A DNA stretch of 64,000 nt, taken from NCBI RefSeq assembly GCF_947568905.1, contig NC_079166.1, positions 91,202,001 through 91,266,000 on the forward strand. Direction: 5' to 3'. The notes beneath the pieces were generated by a model. That model was not told the origin of the DNA. It ran no database searches and worked only from the letters and a program-made list of their open reading frames with translations. The first letter of the stretch is position 1. Every line of letters begins with the position of its first letter. This document shows, one piece after another, positions 22,760 to 35,338 of the stretch. The position numbers and the translations under genes are program-made. The stretch comes from Ostrea edulis (lineage: Eukaryota).

Positions 22760-24680
22760 GTCGTGGTAGTTAGGTGGTAGAGCTTTTGCTTTGTAACTGG
22801 GAGATCGTGAGTTCGAGCCCCGTTTATGCTATGACCCTGTCACACCTAACACATATACATATATACAGATCCTGAAGCGTACTGCTACACTATTTAAACC
22901 CTTCAAATCGTTCAGCGTTCCATTTCCCAGCTTTTTGATGAGAACGGAACGCTTTGGACTGGAAACGGAATATTTGAACACCGTTCGTTTCCTCAAAGCG
23001 TTCGTTCTCGCATGGCCATCCGAAACTCGCTTCAGTCTTTCAATGTAGGTTAACGTGGCGCTTTGTCGAGATGAAAAAGAATACTGCTCTAGATCTGGCA
23101 CGGTATTTTAAAGTTGTACAAGCGTGGACAGTTCTACAGTTCAGATCTGTAAAAGTTTACAGACAAATTACCAGTCCATCACGACACGAAAGAGCATATT
23201 TTCATTTTAGGTTAATAGCCAAATGAAAAATATTAAATTATAATATCTACTTTTAATACAGATAACTCTTAAACTAGTATCGATTTGACATGCTTTGGTG
23301 ACAGTGTTGGAAATTTGAAATGAATTACCTTCTTGTTAGAACTTCAACCCGTGTGGTGTCATTGTATGAGGATAAAAGAGTATGTAGATTAACGATATAC
23401 AAGTTTACGGTAGACTGGGCACATAGTCCACACTATAGGTCCCCTTTTCTGGTGACATTGACTTCCTTGATAACCCTCTTTAAATGTTGGCAGATGTGTT
23501 TAAAAACATTTAATGTACGTGTACCGAATGGCTGCCATTACGTGTACCATCATTCAACATGATAAGTCACCATGATATTGAAACAATGCAGGTATTCGCT
23601 TATCGCATTTAAACACAACATAAATCATTTTAAAAATAATTATTAACGACATTTTAGATGAAATTCCTGATTATTATTAAATTACGTGTATCAATATACT
23701 GTACATGTATTCATTTTGGATATGCCCATTCTGAGTATGAATAAGATTTTAAAAACTCTAAACGGTTTCATGCGCTATATATACTGTACATGATGTAAAT
23801 GCATAAGTTTGTATGTTTTAACAGCTCTGAGCCCCTGATTGAAGTTAACAAAAAATACATGTAGTACATGTTCACACCGACTTCCTCTTTAAAATACCTC
23901 TACAGTATTCAATCAATATATTTCAGAACATTGTTTTAAGTAAGTGTGACATTGTTTTTGAAATCGGAGTTGAAATCGATTTTTAAAAATCAAACCAAAG
24001 TAGTTTTCTATTGAACACATGAAGTACATGTCCCCCGTGTGGACTTTAAGACACGTATAATCGTATACATTACTCTACATTCATTCCCCTTTCCTTCCAT
24101 TTTAAAATAGTCATAATTTCAATTAGATTAATGTTTTATTTAGGCAAGGATTTTTCTTCTTCCCATAACGTTGTATTCAGAAACACAGGGAGGGTCCGAA
24201 ATGTATAATTTGAAATCAAGGCTAATCCGTTTGTTCCTATCTTAATCCAAAGCGTTCTGTTCTTGATAAGAACCGATCGTTCCCAATCTCAAAGCGTTTC
24301 GTTGTTCTCGATGAGAACCGTTCGTTTCCAATCTCAAAGGGTCCCCTTCAAACCGTTCAACATTTGTTTCCGAATCAAAATCGTTCATTTAGCATTCCTT
24401 CACCGTTCCACTGGTGTAGTAGTGCGCTTCAGGATCTGTAGTGAATGCTCCTTCATCAAGCACTTAGCATTTGAAAGTGAGAATCAGGGGTATTTTAGAT
24501 ATTACTTTAAACGTGAAGGTCCCTTGTCGTAGCAGGTGTTGTTGCACGTTAAATAATCTACACTGCTACACCTTGAGTGCTAACCATAGGTCTTAATTTG
24601 TTGAACTTCACTTACAGCTCTTGACGTCACAATATGAGTAAAACATTTTCGATATGACGTAAAACAATCAAACAACCAAT
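22760..24680 (+). mobile_element. tRNA-derived SINE split by a 1.57-kb insertion
   Basis: A/B-box head (TAGGTGGTAGAG, GTTCGAGCC) at 22760-22863; body and tail resume at 24441. Confidence 0.7.
22866..24438. mobile_element. Tc1/mariner-type non-autonomous element (TA TSD)
   Basis: TA|CAGATCCTGAAGCGTACTGCTACAC vs CAGATCCTGAAGCGCACTACTACAC on the opposite end (23/25); CGTTC-rich subterminal repeats. Confidence 0.75.
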
Positions 24681-24828
24681 ATATAGGTGAAGTGTTACAG
24701 ATTTGGATCCCTGTATGACGCTCAAGGTGAAGATTCATTTTCATGTCAACGCTTACCGTCCTTTCGCAAAAGTGCATTCCAATTCAATTGATATGAATGA
24801 CGTGCATTAGATATACGTCACCATGATA

Positions 24829-25061
24829 ATGAAAGGTGAAGATAATAAACAGTAATCACTTTCTTAACTCCTATAAGCAATACAAGCACAGACCTCTGGA
24901 TATACCAGCGGTGGGATCAGATGCTCAGGAGGAGACCGGTTACACCCGCCGTGAGTCCTATATCTCGATCAGGTAAATGGAGTTATCCGTGGTCAAAATC
25001 AGTATGCCAAGAACGGCTTACCAATAGGTATGAAACACGATAGACAGCATTTGACCTAATG
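24829..25061 (-). mobile_element. Family B 3' fragment
   Basis: Same terminus and UTR blocks as 16843 and 18426. Confidence 0.75.
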
Positions 25062-25691
25062 CAGTCCTATACGATAATCCAAATTGTACAGGTAAAGATG
25101 ATGAAAAGGTAATGTAAAGATAAGGAACACTCTTGTTCAAAATCAGTATTTCGCAAATTAATAGTTGATGTAATAATCTTATTTGCAAATACAACTCGGC
25201 ATTAAGTCGAATGCTGTCTGATGTGTTTCATACCAAGTGTTAAGACTCAAAGATGGGGTGACCAGTTAAAAACGGATAGTTATTCACCTAGCCAACATAT
25301 CTCAACACTGGATTTTCCAAAGCGCCTGGTTCGCCTTGCTCTCAGTTTTATATTCTTACAGGGATTTTTTGCATTGATCACTCTCTGTTATTTTCACTTC
25401 CTCTTTCTAAAGAAATAGTAATGCATATTTTCACATGAGACTGTTGTAGCACCAGAAGAGATGATGCATTACATTCTCATTTTCTTTGTAGAGGTATTGT
25501 CGTATCAGTAGCATTATGCACAATCAACCGCTAATGTTTAAATATTTCAATTAGATTCACGTCCATAATTTCTTGAGTTTTTTTTAAATGAAATGAGAAA
25601 AAAAACCTGATTTCTGATGGAAACAACTCGCTTTGTAGCGTTCATCTAACGACCGTACTAACATGGATTGTAAACTAAACATGAAGTTCAC

Positions 25692-25723
25692 CTTGCTAGT
25701 TCTGTGTCCCATAGTGTGACATT
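25692..25723 (-). CDS. Candidate 32-nt exon (NVTLWDTELAR)
   Basis: TTTCATTACAG acceptor, GTGAAC donor, phase 0-2, which bridges the flanking exons. Confidence 0.55.
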
Positions 25724-25910
25724 CTGTAATGAAATGAAAATAAATTCATTTTATGTTTGCCTGGTTAAACAATTGTAAAACAAGAACAAGAAACATAAAT
25801 ATTACGTGTTTTATACTTCAGCATATTGCTTGCTATAATCACGGTATGTATGAAATGAAAATTGAAAACAAAGACATCAAGTATAACAAAATGTTATTGT
25901 AAAACATCTG

Positions 25911-26041
25911 NNNNNNNNNNNNNNNNNNNNNNNNNNNNNNNNNNNNNNNNNNNNNNNNNNNNNNNNNNNNNNNNNNNNNNNNNNNNNNNNNNNNNNNNNN
26001 NNNNNNNNNNNNNNNNNNNNNNNNNNNNNNNNNNNNNNNNN
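25911..26041. other. Assembly gap (131 N) inside the patatin gene
   Basis: Run of N. Confidence 1.
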
Positions 26042-26849
26042 TGTATTTTTCCAAAAACCCATATAGTCTGTTTTTCTTTATAAGTGATGTACAGTATCTA
26101 TAGTATATATGTGCCCGAGGGTAATAACCCTACTTAGACCTGATAATTTGTTTATGTCTCGCTGCTAAACAGTCCATAATAGTTTTGTTATCCTGAAGAA
26201 TCTGAACGTTAAACAAACTATCACATATTTATTGACTTGTACCATGTATCTTTTTCACTCAAAACGTCAGCAAATTCGTAATAACTTTCTCTGCAGAACA
26301 TTCTGATAAATTTTCAATAGTTTTCGAGGGGTGAAATCGATGTTACACTCAACTACATACAACATTTTGCTTTACACTCAATTTCACACATTTATTAGAT
26401 ATATATGTTAATGAAAGCAAAATATTGAGGTTTGAGAACGTTAAAGAGAAAGCTTTTAATTGTGACGTCACAGTAGAAAAACATAACGTCAAATGTAAAC
26501 ATTTCGCAACGTATTTCAAAACAAAAACGTAAACATCAAGTGAAATGCAAAATTGCATTAGAATGGAAATATTTTTCTTCTCAATTGTTATTTGTGACCG
26601 TTAATGTTGACACTGAAGTTTACGATTAAAGATCCCGCAATTTTCAAATGTTTTCAATAGAGCTTTCTCGCTTGTGCCGTTACAAGTTATCTTCTAAAGT
26701 GATACAACACAATTGTTTACCCTGCGCGTGAGGGAAACATCATGAATTGTCTCCCCTAACGTGACCAGCCCTCGACCAATGAAATTGACTGTATTATTTT
26801 GAAGATAATAATACCAAATATTTGATGTTTTTCAAAAAATATGACATAC

Positions 26850-26885
26850 CTCTGTCTGATCTGTTGTCTGTTTCTTTTCCATTAC
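26850..26885 (-). CDS. Candidate 36-nt exon (VMEKKQTTDQTE)
   Basis: CTTTTACAG acceptor, GTATGT donor, phase 0-0. Confidence 0.55.
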
Positions 26886-27470
26886 CTGTAAAAGCAACTC
26901 TTGTATTCTAAATTTCATCGATATTGCGTTTCATTCATGTATTACGTAAACCTTTGCACGAAGATCTTGACCAACAACCTAAATTTGTTAACTAAATACA
27001 CACTTTTTAGAAGCGGCTATTCTAACATGCAGATACGCAAGTATATATTTTCTGAGTCATTTGTAAATGAATGTTGTGCTGTCAATTGATATTGAAAAAG
27101 AGTGGATGTATAGTGTGACCAAAAAAAAAAAAAAAAAAAACAAGGAAAAAAAGGAAACGAAAATGAGAAACAAAAACCGGCGATATTAGGCCGAAATTAT
27201 AATTAGTTATATGACTTAAAACGGAAATGACAATATCGCAAAATATAAATTGTACTTAAGTAATACCTAAAGTAGCTAAATTATGCCGTTCAAAGCAATA
27301 AAATAATGGAACAGAGTTAAAGAGATAAGAAAGGTTATCTCATTAGAGTTCCTGTCACATTATATATATCTGAAACGCTTTAAGAAATATAGAAGCAATA
27401 TGCATTCTGTCATAACAATTATGAAGTAGATGAAAAGAAAGTTAAGAGTTCGTAAAAAAAAAAAATGTAC

Positions 27471-27607
27471 CACACGCAATCCGAGAGTTTTTTTTCCCCC
27501 GTCAGTGTTCTCAAATCGATTTGTTCTCAACGTCTTGCAGAGGTCTTGGAAATCGCCTCCAAACTTTGCAGGGAATGCGTCTCCAGGATCCATAGATAGC
27601 CACCATC
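27471..27607 (-). CDS. Patatin-like phospholipase exon (GWWLSMDPGDAF...TLGLRV)
   Basis: CTTTGCAG acceptor, phase 1; joins upstream CFD to give IHCFDGWWLSM; GTACAT donor. Confidence 0.8.
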
Positions 27608-27689
27608 CTGCAAAGAAGAAAATGTTATAGATACATGCCTCTTCTGAGAGTTTAACCTGAAAGCTCTGGCATGGCAGTTCAATGTTCTG

Positions 27690-27955
27690 CCGATCGGGCT
27701 GAAGGGTCAACTCGCTAGGCAGAGGTAGTAGGAAAATCACGAACACATTGTCCTTCTCCAGAGGGAGAGAGGTGTTCCGACTATCAGAGTGTCAACGTAT
27801 GCATTGCGAAGTTAAGGGGAAAAGTACTCCATCCCTTCACATCGTACTCAAATCCAACGCCGGCTTCAAATTTAATAGACACCACGTTGCCTATGCAGAG
27901 GATTGAACCGAACCTCTCGCACGGCAGTCAAGTGCTCTAATGGATCGAGCTAGAT
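27690..27955 (-). mobile_element. Degenerate tRNA-derived SINE
   Basis: Minus strand TAGCTCGA..TTAGAGC ... GGTTCAATCC A/B-box-like head. Confidence 0.45.
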
Positions 27956-28858
27956 TGTTAAACCAACTAGCTAGTGTTTATAGAAATACAAAGTATCTAA
28001 CATTACTACTCCTATATATTCATTATATGATTTTAGAATTGAACTACAAAATAAAATCTTTATTCAAAACATCGACTTACAATAATGTTAAATTACATAT
28101 TATGAATGTGGTCGTATAGAATTGCGCAAACTAATGAGAGAAATTGTACATCGGATGGGTGTTGATTGTCACCAATATATTTCAATTACTCCACTCTGAT
28201 TTATTTATTCATCTTTTAGTCAGTTTAAAAACCGAGGTATCATTGGTAATGATATCAATACGTGCATTATCACATATATTCGCATTATCAACGTGCACTT
28301 GATTGATCTAGAGTAGTGAAGCATTTGGAATTGTGAACGAAAATAATTTTGGTCTTTACTTGTTACTCAGTATCTAAAATAAAAACATTGATTAATATTT
28401 AACAGAGAAATCATTGAAACTGACTAAAAGAAGATTACCAAACAATATATTGTTCATTTTTGTTTACAGCTAGCGTGCAATAACGCTAACCCATAACCGC
28501 AACGTTTCGATGTTGATCCTGCTATTTTTGAAAAATTGGGTGTTCAGTAATGTTCCAGATAATACATGATAAAATTCATTAGAATTTGTAAACATATTGA
28601 AAATAAGAAAGCATGAAAGATGCAATGATTTAACTTATTACCGGTACTCTCTATTAACGAAGCAGAATCAACACACATTTCTGAAAGAATAAAGATGAAC
28701 CGAATCTTCCATGATATCAATGAGTATTTTACGTATCACCTTATTTTGTTCAACTCTTGACGTTTGATTTGATAGCGCTGTTCTAGAGTTTGTATGTTAT
28801 TTCATCCCATTCAATATCTTTGATAATTTAATAATTCAATAATCACCTTTAATACAAT

Positions 28859-29442
28859 AACTAGAGATTGTTTTATGAAAAGCAAATGTCTCCCCAGCTC
28901 CCCGATTTAGATGTGCTTCAAATGAAACCTCCTCCTCTTAATCTACTGCATGGTATGGAGGAGAAAGCATGAACAGCAACATATACATAATGAACTTTAA
29001 TAAGCCACATAGAAATGTTCACAAGCTATTTTACATCCTCCACCCCGCTTAGATCAACTATACGTTTTAGGAAAATAATTGAATCTTCTTCTTCCGACAA
29101 CATGCACATCTACAAATAGCAATGATGCATTATACAAAGTTCCAAATCTATCATAATTATATGACATATAGTAAATGTGTTCACAAGCTATTTTACAGTA
29201 TCCACCCCTCTTAAATCCACTATAAGTTTTAGGAAAATATATGGACCCTCCTGTCCCGACAATATGCACATCTACAAATGGCATTGAAGCATCGCACAAA
29301 GTTTTAAGTCTATCCGATAAGCCACACAGGAGGAGAAGTGTTCACACGATTTTATAACAGACAGACGTACAACGGACAGACGGACGAACGGACGGACAGA
29401 AAGTACAAAATCATGTCTCCCCCTGAAAGACAGGAGACAAAA
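28859..29442 (-). mobile_element. HINE/pearl-like non-autonomous Helentron with ~162-bp internal tandem repeats
   Basis: Sub-TIR ATGTCTCCCC at 28886 and 29413, inverted GGAGACA at 29433, GACA/GACG microsatellite at about 29355-29400, units at 29017/29179/29340. Confidence 0.8.
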
Positions 29443-29499
29443 CTTTCACGGACACATGTATAGAAATGTCAATAATTATTTAGTTCATACTTCGATGTC

Positions 29500-31925
29500 G
29501 AAGATGACCATAATTTCATCTCTACTAATTCCTGCGTTCAGTGTTGTGAGTTGGAAGATGGCTGTCAAGTTCACTTCCCGTATTGAACGTGTTTCCACAT
29601 TCCGGACAAGACGCTCCGGATGGAGCTGCTGTCGATGCCTTTCTTTCCTTACGCATATCCTCTTCTGTTTTATGAGGCAGATAAGATTCTTCTCGTGTAT
29701 CGTTGCTCCCATCTTCAAATTAAAGCACCAGGCACTTCGGTCAAGAACAGGATCTTCACATTTATCAGGTTCGATGTAGAACAACTTTGTGGATACTTTC
29801 AGAGAGTCTTTGTACCGTTTCTCTGACCAACTCTGGAGCGTGAGTCATTTTCTACCTACCCGTAACAAAACTGTTTCGGGATGCAGGTGTCATTTATTCA
29901 TCAAAGATGACCAGCCCAGGGGAGTTGGCCTGACCACAGCAGGGTGTTGATGCTGTACATCCTAGCATGGCTTAGAACCTCAGTATCTGGGATATTGTCC
30001 TGTCATCTGATGCCCACAATTTTCCGTAGGCACACTGTGTGGAAGTGGTTTAGGTTTATGGTATGTGTCTGGTATACCGTCCAGGTCTCACTTTCATAGA
30101 GTATGGTTGTCAGTAAAACTGCCCTGTACAAGCTGAACTTTGTCGCTGCGTAAATGTCTTGGCGGCCCCATACATTTTTGTGCAGACAGTCAAAGGCTGA
30201 GCTTGTTTTAATTATACGGAAGTTGAATTCGTCATCAATGTGGACGTTTCTGGATAAGGTGCTTCCAAGATATGTTAACTTTTCCACAGGGTTGAGTCAC
30301 TCAGACTTGATGTAGATGTTCGGCTCAATGTCCAACCTAAGTTGTCACAAGCATCCGAAAACCTGTTCAGGCTTTATTACACGCCAAGTTTTGTTAAGGC
30401 AATAAGGGCACAATCATCTGCAAAGAGGTCTCTCAGTTTGTTTTCCAAAATGAACTTTAGTCTGGGCTTCCAGGCGCTGCAGGTTGAAGACTCCCCAACC
30501 ATGCGATGGTTGCTGTCAATGTCTGGGTCACTCTCAAAGAAGGCATATGTCAGCATAGCAGTGAACATTATGCTGTGTAGCGTTGGGGTTAAATGCAACC
30601 TTGCTTGACACCATCATCGGGAACGTTGGCCTGCATGCCATTATGGAATTGTCGTAAAATCGTGATGAACTTTGGTGGGCAGTCACATTTCTCCATGAAT
30701 GAAAATAAACCAATGCTGTTGACGATATCAAATGTTTTCGCGAGGTCTATCAATGTTGTGTAGAGGCTGGTGTTCTGTTCTTGCCATTTCCCATGCAGTT
30801 GTTTGGCAGCAAAGATCATGTCCATTGTTCCATGACCTGAACGGAATCCGCACTGACTTTCAGGTTGGAGACCATTTCAAGGTGGCAAATAAGTCTGTTT
30901 AACAGTATGAGTGTAAGAAACTTTCCCGCGATGGATACGAGTGAAATTCCTCTGTGGTTGTTTTAGGACTGTATGTTTCTTTTAAGCTTGTAGAGGTGAA
31001 CCATTGAAGCATTATTAAGGTCCTGTGGTAATGTTTCCTTTACCCATATTAACTGGAAAAGTTTGGTCAGTGTGTGAGTCGTGGCTTATAGACTTCGGCT
31101 GGAATGGCGTCCGCCCCATTAAATTTGCTAGTTGACATTTGCTTTATAGCCTTTTCGGTCTCTGTAGCAGTAGGGTCGTCAAGTGCTGTGTCAGTTGGGT
31201 TCTGAGTTAGGCGATTGATTGCCTTCTTGCTGACTGACGATGACATGCTTAGGTCCAACTCGAAGTGCTGCGTCCACCTATCAAGAATAACAGGCCTGTC
31301 TGTGATAAGTTGGGTTCCATCAGCAGAGATCAGTGGTGATGTTCCTGCAGGCTGAGGTCCATACATTGTTCTAACGGCTTTCGAATGGTGGGTGTCAGCG
31401 TAGCATCGGCCTTTTAATAGAGCCATTTGTCCTTCATATGCCTTAATTCAATCTGGACAGTCTGCCTTACTTGGTGTAGAGCAGCTGTATTGTCTGGAGT
31501 CTTGTTTGAAAGTTTTACCTTTATGGCCTGTTTTTCTAATCAAGCAACTTGCCTCGTTGTTTTCACCAAAACCAGTCCTGGTAAGAGTGCGTTTTAGGAC
31601 CCAGTATGTTACTGCATCTCGAGTGTATAGTGTTCCTGAAATTTGCCCAGTCCTGCTCATTGTTTTCAGAGTTCAAAGGAAATGAATCAAGTTTCCCATC
31701 CAACTCACTAGCGACTTGCTGCTTGACGTTGACAGCATGTCAATATGCAGGTGGTGTCTTCAACTGTGGACGATTAGGTGGTTAAATATCAAAGTTGAGC
31801 TTGCATATGATGAGGAGGCTCCACACCTTAACTTCGTCACTCGCACATCATTCCTATATCTAGTTCTGACAATAACTGTCATCCCAGGTTTCTACATCCA
31901 ACCCGACACTGGCATGTACAGAAGC
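29500..31925 (-). mobile_element. RTE-clade LINE (BovB-like), decayed: end of APE, RT and C-terminal CCHH finger
   Basis: QCGFR..HGTMDMIFA, GVKQG, LFADDCAL, LTYLGSTLS, LLTTILYESETW, QRKRYKD.LK, CPECG..F....L..H...H motifs with frameshifts; intronic and in sense to the patatin gene. Confidence 0.9.
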
Positions 31926-32145
31926 GTAACTATTTATAGATAAAGCGCCACAGATTGACCAATACAAGCACTTATGACCGTAGCAGTTCTTAAATGTACC
32001 TTTTCGAAAGTGTTAATGTTAGCGCAAGATGGACGACGAATGAGAACAGATCGCAATTGTTTACCTCCGTATCCCCCATCCCTAGACGGGGGAGTATAAA
32101 CCTTTAAAATCAAACAAATTTGACTGGTATCAAATCAAATCATAC

Positions 32146-32241
32146 CGTCAAAACAGTGAATGGGGAAGTTGCATATAACACCACCGTCAACGTAGTATTC
32201 ATTCTCATCATAAAATGGTATTGTTACAGGTTCGAAAAGCA
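32146..32241 (-). CDS. Patatin-like phospholipase exon with catalytic Asp (YYVDGGVICNFPIHCFD)
   Basis: TATTTCAG acceptor, GTATGA donor, phase 1-1; DGG motif. Confidence 0.9.
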
Positions 32242-32406
32242 CTGAAATAGAATATATATTGTTCAATTATCTAAGAAGTAACGAAACAACGGACATTGTA
32301 ATAAACCGTGTAAAACAACTGGCATTCTTGTACTTTGGCCATTAAAGATGATGTAATTCCAACTTTACAAATCTATCAAAATAATCTATGAAAAATAATA
32401 ACTTAC

Positions 32407-32542
32407 AAGGAATGGACATGGACATTATGACAGCATCCCTCACAGGGAAATCGGGTGTGGTCTTGGGGTGATAGTATTCTTCCGTTTGAGTTGAAACGTT
32501 GCTTACGATCACACATAGCTCAAATCCGAATAGATCATATAC
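32407..32542 (-). CDS. Patatin-like phospholipase exon (VYDLFGFELCV...KTTPDFPVRDAVIMSMSIP)
   Basis: TTTGTAG acceptor, GTAAGT donor, phase 0-1; TTPD..AV.MSMSIP motif. Confidence 0.9.
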
Positions 32543-33096
32543 CTACAAACAACATACACAGCTCAAATCCAAATATATCATATACCTAAAAAATTGATTT
32601 GACTACTTGTTTTAGAAACATTAAATATTTTTCTACGGACATTATTAGATCACTGTGTGTTATCTTTACCTTTCATGTCAGCAGTCAGACTGAATATTAT
32701 AACAATACATGCTATTTTGATCTAGATGTAATATGCGTCATCATAACGTTGAATATTCCGTTTGTTTCGTGATTCCCCTTGCGATTTTATTCCATTGAGA
32801 CATTAGAAAATTTATCAGACATTAGATACACTGACTATTTATGATTGAGATGTTTACCATATTGATTACACCTTTGGGATAGGTAGAGTCCCAACCACAC
32901 ACATCCCAAAAGAAAGCAAAAAGTAAGATTTCATTGTATTTCATGCTGGCATATTTTCAAATGTACCTTGTTTGAATGAATAATGTTAATATTCATTATG
33001 AAATCGGGGAAATAATACTATCGATTTTTATTCAGGAGTCTACCTATTATACGCATGTTATATGTCTCCTTGAATCTGATATATGTATGCTTCAAA

Positions 33097-33134
<38 letters not shown>

Positions 33135-33153
33135 TTGCGTGTGTGTGTAAAAA

Positions 33154-33935
33154 GGTACCAATTTTGATGCACCAGATGCGCATTTCGACAAAATATGTCT
33201 CTTCAGGTGTCACACCGGTAATTATTTTCACTATATATTACTATAGAGGAAAAAAATCATTAAAAATCAGTTTACAGAATTGATGCCGAATAACGCTGTC
33301 GGAAACGTTCTATGTTGCCTATGTCGTCTGCCGACACCAGAAAAACAACACCCTACGCGGCATTTTTGAAAAAAAAAATACCCGCAAACAAGACTACCCT
33401 CAAACCCACGTGTTTTTCGCATGTGTGTAAACAGCCGGAGTGCACCTCAGGAAGTAGCCTCAGCTACCTACAGCAAATAGTTCCTTTGTATACACTTGGT
33501 TATTTCTACAAATTACACAAAATTTCCTAATCAGGGGTACACAAATTCAGAGAAAAGAAGAAGAGGAAATGAGAAAAATCGCGCAAAGAAAAAAACATTT
33601 CTTTAAATATATGGAACTACAATTGACGAAGTTCAATTACCGGTATGATACCTTCAGTGATGCTCAAGCCGAAATTGTGGACATTCGAAATAACAATAAA
33701 CTTGTAAGAGCTAAAAGAAAACTAGAGTGCCAAAAACTGGAGCCAAATTGGTCCAAGGATAAGAGCTATGCGTGAAGGAGATAATCCTTAATTCTGAAAT
33801 GAATTTCTAAATTTCATCCCAGCAATTAAACATACATCCGTATTTTCAAGCTAATAACAAAGTACTTAGCTACTGGGCTCTGTAGAGACCCTCGTGGACT
33901 AACAATTCACCAGGAGAGGCCTCGACGCAGGAGTT
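33154..33935 (-). mobile_element. Hammerhead-bearing family monomer split by a MITE inside the ribozyme core
   Basis: 33652-33935 is the 5' part ending GAGCATCACTGAAG; 33154-33206 is the 3' part starting CTGAAGAGAC. Confidence 0.85.
33207..33651. mobile_element. 445-bp MITE
   Basis: TIR GTGTCACACCGGTAATT / GTATCATACCGGTAATT (15/17); duplication CTTCAG at 33201-33206 and 33652-33657 (can also be read as a 4-bp TTCA TSD). Confidence 0.85.
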
Positions 33936-34031
33936 ATAATGTAATATATATATAATTCAATAAAAAGCAGGAAAATATGCAGTTCCAAAATATATTCAAA
34001 TATATTCAAATCCACAGCCACACTCCACAGC

Positions 34032-34690
34032 CAAAGACAACCATCTAACTTGAAAAAATTACTTTTAAACGCGGAAAATATTTTACTGTAAATGATAACA
34101 TGACATGCAAGTCGAAAAACTTACTATACTGCATAATTTGCAACGGGTGTGGCGAGGAATATTATATATTGGACAAACCGGAACACAACTAACAGCCAGG
34201 ATGCGTGTCCATCGCCAACAAATTAACGATCCCAGTACAAGAAATACCCCATGCAGCAAACACTTCGACACCTGTGCTAGAGGCAACTACAGCGTATTTC
34301 CATTTTATAAACTTAAAACAGAATCAACGTCCATGAGACTTGCTGAAGAAAATTATTTGATTAAACTGTGTTCTCCTAAACTAAACAAACTTTAATCAAT
34401 ACATATATGAAACACTCTGATTGTTAAACCTCTCAATTCATCAACTTTAATCATTTTCATGCTTATTTTGTCCAAGTTACATTTCCCGAACTTTTGTATT
34501 ATGACATCATGTATCTATTCCCTCCTTGCAAAGACTATCATGACGTCGTGACGTCACAATAGACGTCTCGAAGATAAACACCTTTATGTTAAATCCAGAA
34601 AGCGCTAGTGATTTAAATATATTTTGGAACTGCAAATTGTCCTGCTTTTTTATTGAATTATTTTGACTGTGTGATATCAACTCTTTCTAT
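34032..34690 (+). mobile_element. 5'-truncated Penelope-like element: GIY-YIG endonuclease fragment plus 3' UTR/pLTR
   Basis: RQPSNLKKL..MTCKSKNLLYCIICNGCGE(fs)YIGQTGTQLTARMRVHR...CSKHF...EENYLI..PKLN*; typical PLE C-terminal GIY-YIG with one frameshift. Confidence 0.85.
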
Positions 34691-34694
34691 TTGG

Positions 34695-34757
<63 letters not shown>

Positions 34758-35338
34758 CCTCAGTATGATAATTCTATGCAACGCGTAATCTGATTGGTTT
34801 AGACAGTCACGTGCCAGGGATGACAAAACTTCATATCTCACTCTCAAACATCATATTTCCCCATCATATTTCGCCCCCTGGGAAGCCTCGTTTATTTTCG
34901 ATAAATTAACGTTAAAGTAGACGAAGTGTATTATGACGTCACAATAAGTCCGAGTCATTCTACTTTCATAGTTCGAAAGGCACAAAATATGCAGGTCTCT
35001 GTATATAGTTTTAAAATCGTCTGAATTTGGTTGATATAAAAACAAGCAAGTAAATCAGCATTCATGGACAATGCCTGGAAATACTAAAACTGGTTATCAT
35101 ATCACTAATTTTGTTGTTTGTACCTTCTAATACGTTGACAGCGCGGTGTTACTGTTTAGGCGATCTCAGCTACATACAATGTATATAGATGAGCGGACTC
35201 CAATTTCAAATGCATTTTTGTAGTCTTGCTTTGTTTTGGTATAATAAACAATTTATTGAATGAATGTTCGGGAGATATGAAAATATATGATTTTTCTTGG
35301 GTGAACAAAAATTCATATCTCCCTCACTATCATGCAAG

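Noticed and set aside
22760-22830. tRNA gene (also 291-353, 27880-27955, 44340-44408)
   Set aside because: A/B-box remnants continue into SINE bodies; no intact cloverleaf.
25839-26083. ORFs spanning N runs (also 58355-58794)
   Set aside because: Artefacts of assembly gaps.
26234-26360. Extra patatin exon (ESYYEFADVLSEKDT)
   Set aside because: Every candidate acceptor gives a stop in the phase required by the neighbouring exons.
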